Shown here piece after piece: positions 26,400-40,730 of a DNA stretch of 64,000 nucleotides. How positions within the stretch are numbered: position 1 is the first letter of the stretch; each line of letters starts with the position of its first letter. The translations under genes and the position numbers were made by a program. The notes beneath the pieces were generated by a model, which saw nothing but the letters and a program-made list of their open reading frames with translations, ran no database searches and was not told the origin of the DNA. Source of the DNA: Octopus sinensis (Eukaryota); NCBI RefSeq assembly GCF_006345805.1, contig NC_043007.1, forward strand, positions 72,354,001-72,418,000, in the 5' to 3' direction.

Positions 26400-27310
26400 C
26401 AGGTGACTGAATCCACTTCGTCTCTGCTGTAATTATGCCAATCTTTGAATATACATAAACAGGCTGAATAGTGAAATCCACGAAACAAGATCTGGCACTC
26501 TACATAATTATTTCTTAAACTTTCTTCCCTCACGACGCTCTTTTTACTAGTCAAATGTTTTCGCAGCCATCGTTTACTGTTATAAAATTTAATAAGAAAT
26601 AAAGAATATAGTCGATATTTAGCTATACTAAACAAAAATTGCTAACAAATTATGTTTATTCAAGACCACACAAAACTTTATTAATAGAAAATATGAATAT
26701 CTTCGGTAAGATGGATGTGCTTGTTTGCTTCGATACAACATATTTAACGCTGTTGTTTGTTTTAAGGGAATTCCTATTAAATAGCTGAATGGTATTTCGT
26801 TTTTGGATTTGGTTTATAAGATTCTTTATATGAGTTCGTGTGTTGAAGCATATTCCGTTGCGTCTGGGGAGAGTTATTTTCTTTTTGTGCCTTATAATGT
26901 AACACACTCACTGGTAAAATTTCCACTTATTTCTTATTATTTTCCTAAAATTTTCGTTGCGTCTTGTAACCTTTTCAATAGTCTAAAGGTTGCAAGACGC
27001 AACGAAAATTTTAGGAAAATAAAAATAAGAAATAAGTGGAAATTTTACCGGTGTGCCTTACATTAGAAGGCACAAAAAGAAAATGACTCTCTCCAGACAT
27101 AGCTGAATAGTATTTGGTGTTTATTGCCATAACTAGACATGGAGATTAACAGAAATACTTCGTCTTCGTTGTTCTTTCTGTTAATAACATCTGCAATTCT
27201 ACCTGTTTTTGGCAACATACGTTCTTCACCAATCATATATGTTCTCTTAGCTTTTTATAATTAACTACGTATGACACTGTGCTCTTAAGCATTTTTTCTT
27301 GAACCATACA
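26400..27310 (-). pseudogene. Degraded hAT (Charlie/Buster, ZBED5-like) transposase remnant
   Basis: Minus-strand pieces SYVVNY..AKRTYMIGEERMLP and DG...TSKKSVV resemble SY.V...AK.KKPHTIGE.LI.P and DGA..MTG..SGVV. Confidence 0.35.
26862..27098. repeat. Near-perfect ~237-bp palindrome (foldback)
   Basis: Arms of about 113 bp around a ~10-nt loop centred at 26975-26984. Confidence 0.85.
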
Positions 27311-27494
27311 TACATACATACATACATACATACGTACATACATGTGAAAGTTCCAAATGTGAATTTGTCTGTGTTAACTATATCCCAAAGATGGAGCTTT
27401 GTATCTTTGTTGGAAACCGGCTCCCTCCTCAGTGGAAGATTTACAATAATTAGAAAATAGAATACATAAATACTCTTTTACACACACACACGTA

Positions 27495-27648
27495 TATGGC
27501 GGGTTTCTTTCAGTTTCCGTCTACCAAATCCACTCACTAGGTTTTGGTCAGGCAGAGGCTATAATAAAAGAAACTTATTCTAGGTGCTATGCAGTGCAAC
27601 TGAACCTAATTCTCAGCCATACATGCGCCTCAAATATATCTATATCTA

Positions 27649-27724
<76 letters not shown>

Positions 27725-28017
27725 GATCGATCGATCTATCTATCTATCCGTCTGTCTGTCTGTCTGTCTGTCTGTCTACCTGTCTATCTATCTATCTATA
27801 TATTCTTTTATTCTTTTACTTGTTTCAATCACTTGACTTCAGCCATGCTGGAGCACTACCTTTAGTCAAACAAATCGACGCCAGCACTTATTCTTTGTAA
27901 GCCTAGTACTTATTCTATCTGTCTCTTTTGCCGAACCGTTAAGTAACGGAGACATAAACACACCAGCATCGGTTGTCAAGCGATGGTTGGGGGACAAACG
28001 GACGCACAAATACATAC
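27495..28017 (-). mobile_element. SINE A pieces separated by (TATC)n/(TGTC)n
   Basis: Head half at 27495-27610, tail half at about 27805-28017. Confidence 0.75.
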
Positions 28018-29037
28018 ACACACACACACACACACATGTGCCGTTCAAGAATTTGGACCTGGAAATCTCCATTTCCAGCAACTTCGAGGGCCACCTCCCA
28101 GTGGTGTCGGGCATCAACGAAAAGCCCTCGACTACAAGACGACCAAATTTGTTTTTTTTTCCTAGGTCTGGGGTTTCCCGCCCCTAAGCCGTTGACCATC
28201 ACCGAATCACCCTTACCCGTCTTGTTGCTTAACAACAACAACAACAACTACACACACACACACACATTTTAAGAAATATTTTTGTATTTTCAAAACTTTC
28301 AGTAATCTTTCAAAAAGCAGTTCTGCAATTTCTTCATTCACTTATTTTCCGAGTTGTCTAACTGCATCTATTTTTACACTGACTATTACTTAAGAATTGT
28401 TTTCAGTCATGAAATATAACTATTTGTCCATGGGGAGGTATTTGTTTTCCATTCTATATATAATAAAAACAACTAATAGTTTGGAAAATAAATAGAAAAA
28501 TAATGACTATAACTGACGCACTAGTAAACCACGACAAATTTATGTTTAAATTCATTCATATTTTGTACAACAAATTCGATATTAAAGCATTTATTGAATT
28601 AATTTTATGTAATATAGTAACTCTACTCCGAGCGATGGGAAAATCGTGTCTATAAATACATCTTGGCACTTTTCATAGAAAAAAAAGAAGAGAGTTCTCT
28701 TAGTCTGGTACACAGCTGAATGTAAGGCAGAGGGTGATAGGTGGCGCTACACACAATATCAAATATGCAACAGTATATCATAAATTGAAAGTTCATTATA
28801 TTAGATTTACAAAAAATGAATGTTGATAATAATCCAGAAAAACGTATGGTTTGCAAATAATCTGTTGCACCATCAACAAAGGTTTTTTTTACAATATATG
28901 ATAGTCAGTTGATGCTTTCAGTTTCTATACACAATACAAATAGGGAACAAAAACTGAATCAGAACAGGACAAGTCCACTTCGCCTCACTATTGGTTTGCT
29001 CTACAGAACTCTTCTAACATGTATAGTTGAAGTACAG

Positions 29038-29098
<61 letters not shown>

Positions 29099-29129
29099 TA
29101 ATCCAAACATGAAAGCAAAAAAAACACAA

Positions 29130-30279
29130 CAACGCGAGGACGTGGAACAAATATAGTATTATTGGACGCTCAGGAAAGAAGGAAAGAAGGGGGTTTAAGG
29201 TTTCGAGCGGAGCTCTTCGTCGGAAACATAGGAGAAGGAAAGATCCAGAGAAGGGAAGACAGAGGAAAAAATCGCCAACGATACACACGCGGTCACATTT
29301 TGAATGACCGGAAGGGAATGGGTGAAGAAAAGTTCTTTCAAAGACAGGAGAGTGCAAGAGGAGGTATGTGTGTAAGTGTGGATTGTGCGTGCGCGAAGGT
29401 CTGCGCGTGCGTGTGTGTGTGTATGTGTGTATGTGTGCAATGATAACACGTGTGTGTGTGTGTGCGTGCGATATATATATATATATATATATATATAGTA
29501 ATATATATTATATATATATATACACACACACACCACACATACACAGTTATATACCGCATGGTATCCTACAGCAAGATTAGATACACACGCGGGACTCCTC
29601 TTTACATAAGATTAGTACAAGGATAATATAACACGAGGACGGAGGATAACATGTCTTAATAGTAGATAACAACATTTGTTTCTGTCCTGTACACTTGCTT
29701 TATGTTGCTGAGTTGATATTCAAAAACCATTAAAGAAGAACTTTATAATTATTATACAGTTGAATGCTGCTCGGCAACAGCCGTGCGTGGGCGCTTCGTC
29801 AGAGTGGAATACAATTAATTCTTGTTAGATTTTTTGAATACTCTGTGTAAACGTTGTAAATTTCATTCAATTAATCAACGTGTCAGGTTCCGGGCGTCCC
29901 AAGCATAATCATGTGTCAAAATTACAATAATAACATTACTGTAATTTTAAATCATGTTTATACTTTTTTTTAAATTTAATATAAATTCAGCACCTTAAAG
30001 CTGGTGTGCGGTGCAGAAACAAATGTTGTGATCTACTATTAAAACCTGTTATCCTCCGTTCTCATGTTATAGTATCCTATAATATATTCTATATATATAT
30101 ATATATATATAAATCCGAAACCTATAGGTATAACCGTAAAAACAAGGTAAAAGTTTTTATTTTTCATTCCCTTTGAAATTGCTTAAATTTTTCTGTGGTC
30201 TTCAGTAGTTCTATCTCCTAGCGTGTAAAAATTGCCTCTTATTGGTAATTTCTCTTTGTGTTTTAAATGTACATTATTT

Positions 30280-30310
<31 letters not shown>

Positions 30311-30589
30311 GTTCATATTTACAGAAGACAAAATATGAAGACAGGTGTAGGAGCAACAAGCAGGTGTATTAGTTCAACGCTCGGGAAGAATGGAAAAGTC
30401 TTTTACGTTTCGAGCCTATGCTCTTCAACAGAAAGGATTAAGAAGAAGAAAAAGGAGAAAGAATGAAAAAAACAAAAAAAACACAGAGAGAGAAAATATG
30501 TGTTGGGATTAACAAATTCTCTTATTTTTCCTGCAAGGGAATACACCTCTTCTTTCCATATATATGATATAAATCATATATATATATAT

Positions 30590-30655
<66 letters not shown>

Positions 30656-31600
30656 TCATATATACACATATATGTACATGCCTACATATATATGTATATA
30701 ACATGCATATATGGGTACAGGACGTAAAAAAATCCTGAACAAAATGAGAAATGAGAACATAAAAAACAAAAGCATGGAATACGAACTTTTTTTTCAAACA
30801 ACGTAAGAAGCAAATAAAGAAATGAGACAGGCAACATAAAGAATATTCCCTTCATAAGTTGTCCTCTGTTTTATCTACTCCGTGTTTCGAAGGTAGGGAC
30901 AAGACGCGACTTCATTAAAACAGACCTTCCCGCAAAGCAAATTAAATAAAATTTGGGATTTTTTGCGGAGAGTTAAAGCGGTAACAAAAAAAAACAGGAC
31001 AATAAGAACAAAACAGTAAAAGCAAACGGTGAGGGCTGTTAAGCCATAACGAGGTGAAGTGGTGAACGCTGGAAAAACGAGCTTTGAGAAGAGACAAGCA
31101 AAAGCACGTCTTGTCTTTAGGAAGGAAGTGGACGAAAGAAAGATTAGACAGGCGCTGGTCACGTGAGAACAACAAGAGAGTAAAAGAGGAACAGTGACAG
31201 AGAGAGGGAACGGTGAAGGGGAGAGGAGAAGAATTAGAGAAAGAGTGGGATAGAAAACCAAAAAGGAAGAAGAACAAGAGAGGGTGATAGAATAGAGATA
31301 GTTGTAGGGTGCGCATCAGAATTATTAAATAAAACTTACTTGGAAATGGAGCGTGGCGTTCGATCATAATATAAATAATATATATATATATATATATATA
31401 TTATAATATTATATACTATTTACATATATATATATATATTTACATATATAATATATATATATATATATATATAATATATATTATATATATTATATACCTA
31501 TATATATATATATATACAATATATATATATATGCATGCATATAAACACACATACATGTCATACCTACATATATATATGTATATATATATAGATATATATA

Positions 31601-31683
<83 letters not shown>

Positions 31684-31990
31684 GCATGCATATATGAGTA
31701 CAGGACGTCAAAAAAACGTGAACAAGTGAGAAACGAGAACATAAAAAACAAAAGGAAGGACTGTTTTAACGATGTCGCGTCTTGTCCCTACCTTCGAAAC
31801 GCGAGGTAGATAAAACAGGGGACAACTGATGAAGGGAATGTACTTTACGTTGCTTGTCTTGATTCTCTATTTGTTTCTTTTGTTGTTCGAAAAAATGTTC
31901 GTTTTCCATGCTTTTGCTTTTTATGCTCTCGTTTCTCATTTTGTTCAGGTTTTTTTGACATCCTGCACCGTGTGTATATATGCATATATA
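29130..31990. mobile_element. Cluster of Penelope-like non-autonomous repeats embedded in (AT)n
   Basis: Related gtttcgagc..gctcttc motifs at ~29200 and ~30405. Segment 30712-30920 recurs inverted at 31760-31990 and partly direct at 31690-31755. Confidence 0.45.
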
Positions 31991-32019
31991 TGTATATTAT
32001 GGTGGGGTTGCCGGTTTAG

Positions 32020-32590
32020 TCGGTGAGGTGGGTGTTTATTGGACACCCTACGGGATGAAAAACAAAACCTGTCAAAGGGCGGAGGAACTCTTGAGAGTTA
32101 ACGGCCATCCAATAAATGTGTAATTTTTTTTCTTAAGGCTTAAGGCTGTATCATGCGCGGAGACATAGAAATAATCGGACTGAATACCCGATCGCGCGGT
32201 TAAACCATTGGGAGTGAAGGACTCCTAGCCTTTGTTAGGGCATCCTTCTAGGAGAAAGTAACTCAGCTTACTGGGATAACTCCGACATAAGACCTGCGGC
32301 TCAGTGGTTACCGATGATGTTGACTTGTTCTTCTTTTCGGATAATGGCTGCTGTTGCTTAGTGAGTTGGATTGACTCAGTGCACAGCCTTTCCTCACTTT
32401 TAAAAAAATCTACTTGCACAGGCATTGCACGATAACAACATTGTGATTGTTGATTGTGCTGTGAGTCTCAACTGAATGGCTGGCTGTAGCCTTAAAAAGC
32501 AAATAAAAGTCACATTCGAACCCAACACCAATAACAGTTAAGCTTCGTGCAATGCCGATACTCGATAACGAGGGGGCAGCCATCATATGT
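32020..32590 (+). mobile_element. Interspersed repeat resembling an RTE-type 5' region
   Basis: GC-richer block with the motif gggcatccttctaggagaaagtaactc, reminiscent of RTE 5' UTRs. No ORF. Strand is tentative. Confidence 0.3.
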
Positions 32591-33024
32591 ATATTATATT
32601 ATTATATGATTGAACGCAACGCATCCATTTCCAAGTAAGTTTTACCTATATATTTTCTTGTTTGGATTAACTTTATATATATATATATATATATATATAC
32701 ATAAACTCAAAATGCTCTAATAAATAAAACTAACAAATTTTATAGTATTCTCCATTAAAGTCCCTCTATAGAAATTGGAACGTATGTGTCCTGTCAACTC
32801 TGGAACATAATATATTCTTTAGGATGACTTATAAAAGACACACAAACAGATTTTTTGAGCAATGCACACAGCAATTATTGAAAAACAAAAGCCAGAATTT
32901 CTCACGTTTCAGTTTTGAATAAACAATTCCTATTCTATTGTTTCAGTACCAACTTAAATTTCACCCAAATTATTAAGATATTCGTAATATGTGAAGCCGA
33001 CAGTATTGATATAAGACTCTCTCA

Positions 33025-33432
33025 CTTTACTCTTTTATTTGTTTCAGTCATTTGACTGCGGCCATGCTGGAGCACCACCTTTAATCGAGCAAATCGACCC
33101 AAGGACTTATTCTTTGTAAGCCCAGTACTTATTCTATCGGTCACTTTTGCCGAACCGCTAAGTAACGGGGACATAAACACACCAGCATCGGTTGTCAAGC
33201 AATGCTAGGGGTACAAACACAGACACACAAACACACACGCACATATATATATATATATATATACATATATACGACGGGCTTCTTTCAGTTTCCGTCTACC
33301 AAATCCACTCACAAGGCTTTGGTCGGCCCGAGGCTGTAGTAGAAGACACCTGCCCAAGGTGCCACGCAGTGGGACTGAACCCGGAACCATGTGGCTGGTA
33401 AGCAAGCTACTTACCACACAGCCACTCCTGCG
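33025..33432 (-). mobile_element. SINE A, full length
   Basis: Close match to the reverse complement of the A consensus. Confidence 0.92.
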
Positions 33433-34776
33433 CCTATGAATATCTCTTTATTGAATGTTAGCAACTTGTAATGTGTTGGAAATAATTTCAATAAATTTCT
33501 GAATTCTCTCACAAGGAATTGAATTTGGAAACAAGGATTTCTCTATCCGTTTTTTTTTTTTTTACCAGAGTGGAAGCATCTTTTGTTAAGTGTTGTGTTA
33601 GTGAGAAATGAGGGACATTTTGATATTTAATAGACTCAAGTGTTTATTATTTTTCAAAATATGTTGGATATTTCCTTTACGTTCAAATAAAAGTTAGCAA
33701 TGACCATTTGATTTAGTGTATATGTTCCTTGGCTATTGTCATTTAAGTCTATAAAACAGATTAAATATATCGCATAAGCGGTCATTCTCATCAAGCCTGT
33801 GACGCTGCGAAACCACTCATTTCAATAGTTATGGTTGGGTGATCAGCGTTTCACCAACACATTTTTAATCCCATGATCTTCATCACTAATTTCACCGCTT
33901 TTGCTTCTTGTATATATATTATATGTGTGTACTTATAAAACTGCATGGATCTGTTTAAAATTCCTCATCGCCATCGCCATCACAATCAATATTATAATCA
34001 CCATCATCGAACTTAATGGTAATATCGTATTCCTAATATTCCTTGCCACTATCTTTCACAAATTCAGTAACACAGCCATCGTTTGGAAATGAGTCTCTGT
34101 AGAGTTACAATCAAATGTCGCATGTCGGTTGCTTTTGAAACGGTTCTGTATTTTTATCAACCACACACGCATAGCTGCAATACCATCAACTAACCAATGT
34201 TCCGTGACTCATTATCGACCAGAGAGTTGGCAAATATATTTAGTTGATAATATTATGGAAAAGAGATAAATTTTATCCCGTCAGTAGGGTGTGTATACAT
34301 CCGGAGTGTTAATACCATTGGGTTTTAAGTGTCATATATTCTGCTACATCTGCAAATACATAGCATTTGATAATTTAGATGCAAGATGTCATCGATAATA
34401 CACAATTGCTGATTCACATTTTAGTTGTTGTTTAACCGTAGGTCGCCTCTTACTAGACAGACAGGCCTATGATCTCTGTTGTTCCAATAGCACCCATCCA
34501 AATTTTCTAGGTTCACTTCAAGTGAACCTAGAAATACATTATCCAATGTCTTTCAATGTTTTTAAAGATGACAGGGTGGAAATTTTGATAGATTTGGTTG
34601 CAATCTCTAGCAGAGCGACAAGATCGTTTTGTATGTAATCGCACAGTGCCCAAGCACGAACTTGTGGAGTTATGACGATCATCTGCCGTCATGCGTTGGA
34701 TGAACTCAGCTATCAGTTGAGTCCATTGTGAAGATCATCTACCACCATCTTTCACCGGCGTATTTACGAGTAGAAT

Positions 34777-35010
34777 AGGGCAGCAAGCTGGCAGAAACGT
34801 TAGCACGCCGGGCGAAATGTGTAGCCGTATTTCGTCTGCCGTTATGTTCTGAGTTCAAATTCCGCCGAGGTCGACTTTGCTTTTCATCCTTTGGGGGTCG
34901 ATAAATTAAGTACCAGTTACACACTGGGGTCGATATAATCGACTTAATCCGTTTGTCTGTCCTTGTTTGTCCTCTCTGTGTTTAGCTCTTTGTAGGGAGT
35001 AAAGAAATAG
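34777..35010 (+). mobile_element. SINE B
   Basis: 17-bp TSD gtattt(a/t)cgagt(a/g)gaat at 34760-34776 and 35011-35027. Confidence 0.92.
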
Positions 35011-37786
35011 GTATTTTCGAGTGGAATGATCTGGAACCCTACTATCTTGTAAAAGGTCTCACTGAATAAAATACAGTAGTTTAGAAAATACCTGAAAATA
35101 AGACGAGATGGTTATAGTTTAATTATTTGATCAAAGAATTGATCAGGAATGACTTGGTTTAAATAAAACAGCAACAGCAGTAACAACAACATACAGGCGT
35201 ATCATGTTTTTTTCTTTATGAAACGTACGCTGGATATTTGTAAGTGTTTTACAACTTTTACAATGGTTTGGCCGGGGGAAATAGTAACGATGTTAACTTT
35301 ATTAAGAAGGCAGAGAGAATAAAATGTCTGTACACTACTTGACATAAGTGCACCGGAAACTGGTCAATAAATACACTAACCGAGTATAAATGTTCAAGGC
35401 TGGTCGATTTGGAAGGTTTCCAGTAAATTTCCTCGCAGTGTCCCTCTTTACTGGGTTTGATAATGGCCAGCAGACTATCCCATTCATTGAGAATGTCGAA
35501 GTAAAAGATAAACTTACGATTTGTGTCAGCCAGAGCTGGATTTTATGTCATTCGGTACTCAGGTTCAGGTGCGATCAGGATATACAACATTACTATGTCT
35601 CTGTTTCATGGAACACAGTATTCTATTCGATGGGTAACAGTCACTTCGAGAAGACTATCAACAGGTCAATTACGCAGATACGGTTTCTTCCTAAAACTGT
35701 GGATGTAATTACAGCTGTTAAATAGTCATTGAAGAAGCCTCCTGTTTGCACTGCTTAGCTTACTGTTGGCCAACGCGCGCGCACACACACACACAATGCT
35801 TTTGTGTATTTGCTTGTACATCATACACACGTTTGAACGCCTGTAAATATATGTGTGTGTCTGTGATGTTCTTTTCGTGAGTGTATGTGTTGTACATTCA
35901 AACTTGCATGTGAGTGTGTGTGTATGTGTGTGTGTGTGTGTGTGCGTAAGAAATATATCTTTGTCTATGTGTAAACAAGTATATTTATCTATATATAGTC
36001 ACACATATACAATGAAAAAAGTCACTGCACTTTAGTTCCATATTAATAATCAGCAACAGAGAAGTTATTCAGGTGTAGACACACCTGTTGATCGGGGATA
36101 AAGCTAAACCTGTTTCCAATTTGACAAAGGTGCAACTGATATACCTAGATACAAGATATTAGTAACATATATATATATATATATATAATACAGCCACCCG
36201 AACGAAGTACTTCGTAGTACTGGCTTCATAGATTCAATTTATAGACGGTAACTGTGGTTTTTGTTGTCCCCAGATCACCCTTGATCGACCATATCAGTCC
36301 TGAAAGTCCTTCCAGTCGTGGCGATATCGTTGACTATTCAGACATAATTGATCTAACAACGTGTCTTACTTTTGTTAAGTTTATAGAGGGTAGCTTCTAG
36401 AGATATTTGTCTGCAATTTCTTGCAGGTTGTACAATTCATTATAATTTCCTAAATGTCCTACGTTGATGATAATTGAATATTTTGATAACTACACCTAAT
36501 GTTATTTGTATTCAATGGCAAATCTACGCAAATGATAGCTCGGTCAGTAACAAATATCTTGAGTTAAATGTTCAGAGTTCAGTTACACCGCTCATACTTT
36601 CACCCTTTCTCTCTGATGCTAATAAAACGGTAAATTCTCTTTCATATTATTTCTGCAACCAGACTAGAACCATTTTCATTGCTATTCTTTTCAGTTTTGT
36701 ACTTTGTCAGTGCCTGATATCGATAAAACGATATCTCGCCTGGGACTTGCTCATCTTGGTTTGCCTGATCTGCAGTTGTCTCTAAACTTGATGGAACGCT
36801 AAACGTTGTCTCACGAATATTATTTACTGCTGTGTAGATTCTCTGATGCTAATTTTATTCGTTCCTGAAATGATAACATGATAACATAACCTGTTCGAGT
36901 TTGAATTCGTAATATTCAAGACTGAAGCAGAAACTGAATTAATTATAAATCAGATTTTTTTCGTTATATGTTTGAATATTTGAGTCTTCACCTCATCAAC
37001 TTACAACTGAACAACTCTAAAAGGTGTCCATAAACAACATATTTAACTCTGTGTAACTCTGGCCACTTAACCCTAAATACAATTTATGAAGATATATATA
37101 TATATATAAGTCACAGTTGGCAGTGATAGACTGTTTTGTTGTTTATCTTAAGGTCAGTTCTTGTGACTTCTGATCCTGTAGACCAATAATCAAAATGATC
37201 TAACCTGTCATCTGCCACTTATTCAGACACAAATGTATCTTGGACTATATTATCTAACATGTCCTTACTTTTAAGATGGTGTGATTCGAGGGAGACTTGT
37301 TTACTCTCTCAAATGTTTTGTTGCATAATAAATCTGATTATAATTAGTCGATTTATATTAGAGAAGAGACGAAATGTCATTCTAAGTCAACTTCACTGAA
37401 ATTATAACATGAAGACCTGACGGTTCTCTAATGGATCAATGTGTTACGAGATCTGCCATTAGCGTTCAGGCTATTTATTATCATCTTTAATGTATTAAAG
37501 ATGGCCTTTTTTTTATTTCTCCCCATTTTCATCAACACTGCTTTCTTTTGTATGCGTACATCAAAGCCAGGGCTTATAATAAATACCAAATAATGAAAGA
37601 GACATTGACATAGAATAATGTGTCATAAATCTATTTCTATAGAGTGTTTTCAGGACTAGAAGAAGAAAGAAAACTGACTGTTCCAACAAAGGACTTTTAT
37701 CTTCAAATAATACGTCTAAATTCGGTTTGAATTTTAAAGACTGTCTCAATCAGCACATGAGAGTGTGCACACGAACAAATACACGC

Positions 37787-37845
<59 letters not shown>

Positions 37846-37893
37846 ACACACTCACGCACGCACACTCACACACACCACACACACACGCAACAC

Positions 37894-37924
<31 letters not shown>

Positions 37925-37959
37925 AACACTCACGCACGCACGCACACACATACACACAC

Positions 37960-37991
<32 letters not shown>

Positions 37992-38746
37992 CACGCACAC
38001 ACGCACACACACTGACACTGCCACTAGCCTGTGTGTATATATATATACAACATTTCAAGAATCGTAACCACCCAAATATACTGGTTGTTCTATCTTTTAA
38101 TGGAATCGGCCACAAATATTTATTTAGAATCCGAGCAGAAAGCAGAAGCTGCAAAGAATATAAAATCTGGAATTTTAATCCTACAGCAGGGAAACTAACT
38201 TGGCAGCAGCCAACGGTAGTTGTTTTCCTGTTATTTATATTTTTATATTTCTACTTTTCTCTCTCTTTTTTTTTTTTTATATACTTCTCATAAGAAATCT
38301 GTTTCTGATTAGCTAGAGTTCCCCCGCTGAATGCTTTGCCACTGGAAAGAGAATTTCATAACCATGTTTTATGGGCAACATTCACAGCTTTACACCGGTT
38401 AACATGAATTTTTTTTTTTTCTAAATAAAGTTTTTCTAGTCGTTCCAAATTTACTGATTCCCCTCCGCTCTATGTTAAGTATCGCATTAAACTCTACTTT
38501 CTGACATTACGCCTGTTAGATTATAACTCGGCCAGATGTTAATCTCTCTGCCAATTCTATTGGAGATTTCGTTTTCGAACAGGAAGAATGTTATTAATTC
38601 TTCTCTGCAATAGACACAGATGGCTGCCTGTACGGAGCTGCCAACAACTGGACAATTAAAGCATTCGATACCGGCTGTTTGGAAGAGCAGCCTCTTGGTA
38701 GAAATGATAGAGCGTCGGACTAAATACTTTACAGTATTTAGTCTTT

Positions 38747-38826
<80 letters not shown>

Positions 38827-38979
38827 ATTCCTCACCTCTGTCTCTCAGTTAATTTAGATTTTCATCTCACCAAAACTGATAAAATAAATGCAAAATATAA
38901 TTTACTGGGAACCATCCAATCTTTGATTACACTATCATCTTGACAGAAAAGATGAGACTTGTGTAGTTAAACATAATTT

Positions 38980-39015
<36 letters not shown>

Positions 39016-39411
39016 CTCGTGGCTGTTGTTTAACCCCAGGTCAGCTCCAACAGAACAGACCCCAATAAAAGACATTCTAGCCACAACCATCTCCCCTTTC
39101 TATATTGTATTATCCACTGACGCCTTTCTTTTTTAAGACGGTGGGTATAATTTGATGAGAACTTTTTTAGCTACTGTTCCAGGCAGAATAAGTTATAACG
39201 AAGAAGCTCCTTCACAAGCACACTCCCATCAAGTCAAGTTTGCCACTCGGTTTCGATTCTCGGTTAGAACAATTTTATTCTCTTATAGGCGGCGAATTAA
39301 CAAGGGTGCTAGAGTACAAGACTTCAGGCTTGAGCTATGCATGTACACCCATTACCTGTTTTTTCCTATCTTCGATCGCATTATCTATATAGATATATAA
39401 AAAAAATTAAA

Positions 39412-39660
39412 ATGCGCCCTTTTAAAGCCTAGCCAGGCTCATGGGCCCGGTTTCTCGGTTTTAATGGCGTATGTGTTCCCCAGCTAGACGGGACGCCAGT
39501 CCCTTGCAGCCTTACTCATTTTTGCCAGCTGAGTGGACTGGAGCAACGTGAAATGAAGTGTTTTCCTCAAGAACACAACACGTCACCCGGTCCAGGAATC
39601 GAAACCACAATCTTACGATCATGATGCTGACACCCTAACCACTAAGCCACGCGCCTCCAC
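39412..39660 (-). mobile_element. tRNA-derived SINE with a V-domain-like core
   Basis: Minus strand has head gtggaggcgcgtggcttagtggttaggg...ggtttcgattcc and core gggactggcgtcccgtc, which resembles the V-SINE motif GGACTGGCGTCCCGTCCAG. Degenerate ~13-bp TSD. Confidence 0.65.
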
Positions 39661-39990
39661 TACATAGATTTATTTGTATAGAAAACATCGTAACAAATCA
39701 GTGCTGGCACTGAATTGTATAGATAATCTGTCGCGATAAACTTTAAAATTCTTAATCTTAATTTTAACCTAAACTTCATCTGTAAAACTTAATGCTCGCT
39801 TTTTTTATTTTATCTGATACCTCCTCTCTCCACGTCTACACTTAACATGTTATAGGTGAGTTCTCTAATCAAACATAGTTTCAATCCGCTGACTATCGAA
39901 GTTACAATGCCACTTTGAAATTTGTACAGTTTTATGGAATTAATAATTAATTTATCATAATTAAAAGTTTATAAATGAAACTACCGCTTT

Positions 39991-40033
<43 letters not shown>

Positions 40034-40526
40034 GTGTGTGTGTATTTGTGTGTTGTGTGTGTGTGGTGTGTGGTGTGTGTGTGTGTGTGTTGTGGGTGTG
40101 TGTGGTGTGTGTGTGTTTGTGCGTGCGTGCGTGTAAGTAGCCATAGAAAGCCTTAGATGAAATTCGCAATCGAGTGATGACATCTTGAAAGACATCCAAT
40201 TGTACGAAAGGCGAAACCGATTGAAAATGCTTTGAAAAGCACGAAATTATTAAAACATCTAAAATGTCGATATATTTGTAATTACTGACATGCTGCTGAA
40301 TTGCTTATGTTGCATCAGTGTAAAATCATCCTCACCTATATGTCAATGCTAACTTCTGTGCTATCATCTGTTGTCTCCGTTTGTATCCTTACTCGGGATA
40401 TTTCCAGGATACACTCCTATATAGTCTGGAGTGTAAACAATTTGGAAACGATTTATAAATAAGCTTGTCATTTTTTTCTTAATTCCACTGATTTTTCTGT
40501 ATAACAATATCGGTGAATCTCTACGA

Positions 40527-40730
40527 CAGTGGTTTTCAACCAGGGTTCCGCCAGTACAGTCCAGGGGTTCCGCAAGAAGTTACAAAACTGCTAAAATCGG
40601 CAGTAATTTTTAAATCTCCTGTGCAGATATGTGTGCATAAGACTATTAGATTATTGCACAGGGGTTCCTCGAGCCAGTGGAATGTTTCCTTGGGGTTCCG
40701 CTCCTCCAGCAAAAAGTTTGAAAAGCACTG
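40527..40730. mobile_element. hAT (Charlie-type) MITE
   Basis: TIRs cagtggttttcaac / gtttgaaaagcactg and a perfect 8-bp TSD ctctacga with central TA. Confidence 0.9.

Noticed and set aside
28020-28250. GC-rich block open in several frames
   Set aside because: No recognisable motif in any frame. It may be a LINE 5' fragment but I cannot support that.
31770-31845. GAAAC...GUA...CUGAUGA as a permuted hammerhead
   Set aside because: The base after the putative cleavage site cannot pair with the base before C3, and a competing hairpin dominates.
35390-35725. 111-aa ORF in a GC-richer island as a host exon
   Set aside because: No recognisable domain or convincing splice sites. It cannot be excluded without RNA-seq or BLAST.
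36560-36860. Possible minus-strand exon after tttcag
   Set aside because: All three frames hit a stop soon after the candidate acceptor, and the remaining open stretch has no homology I recognise.
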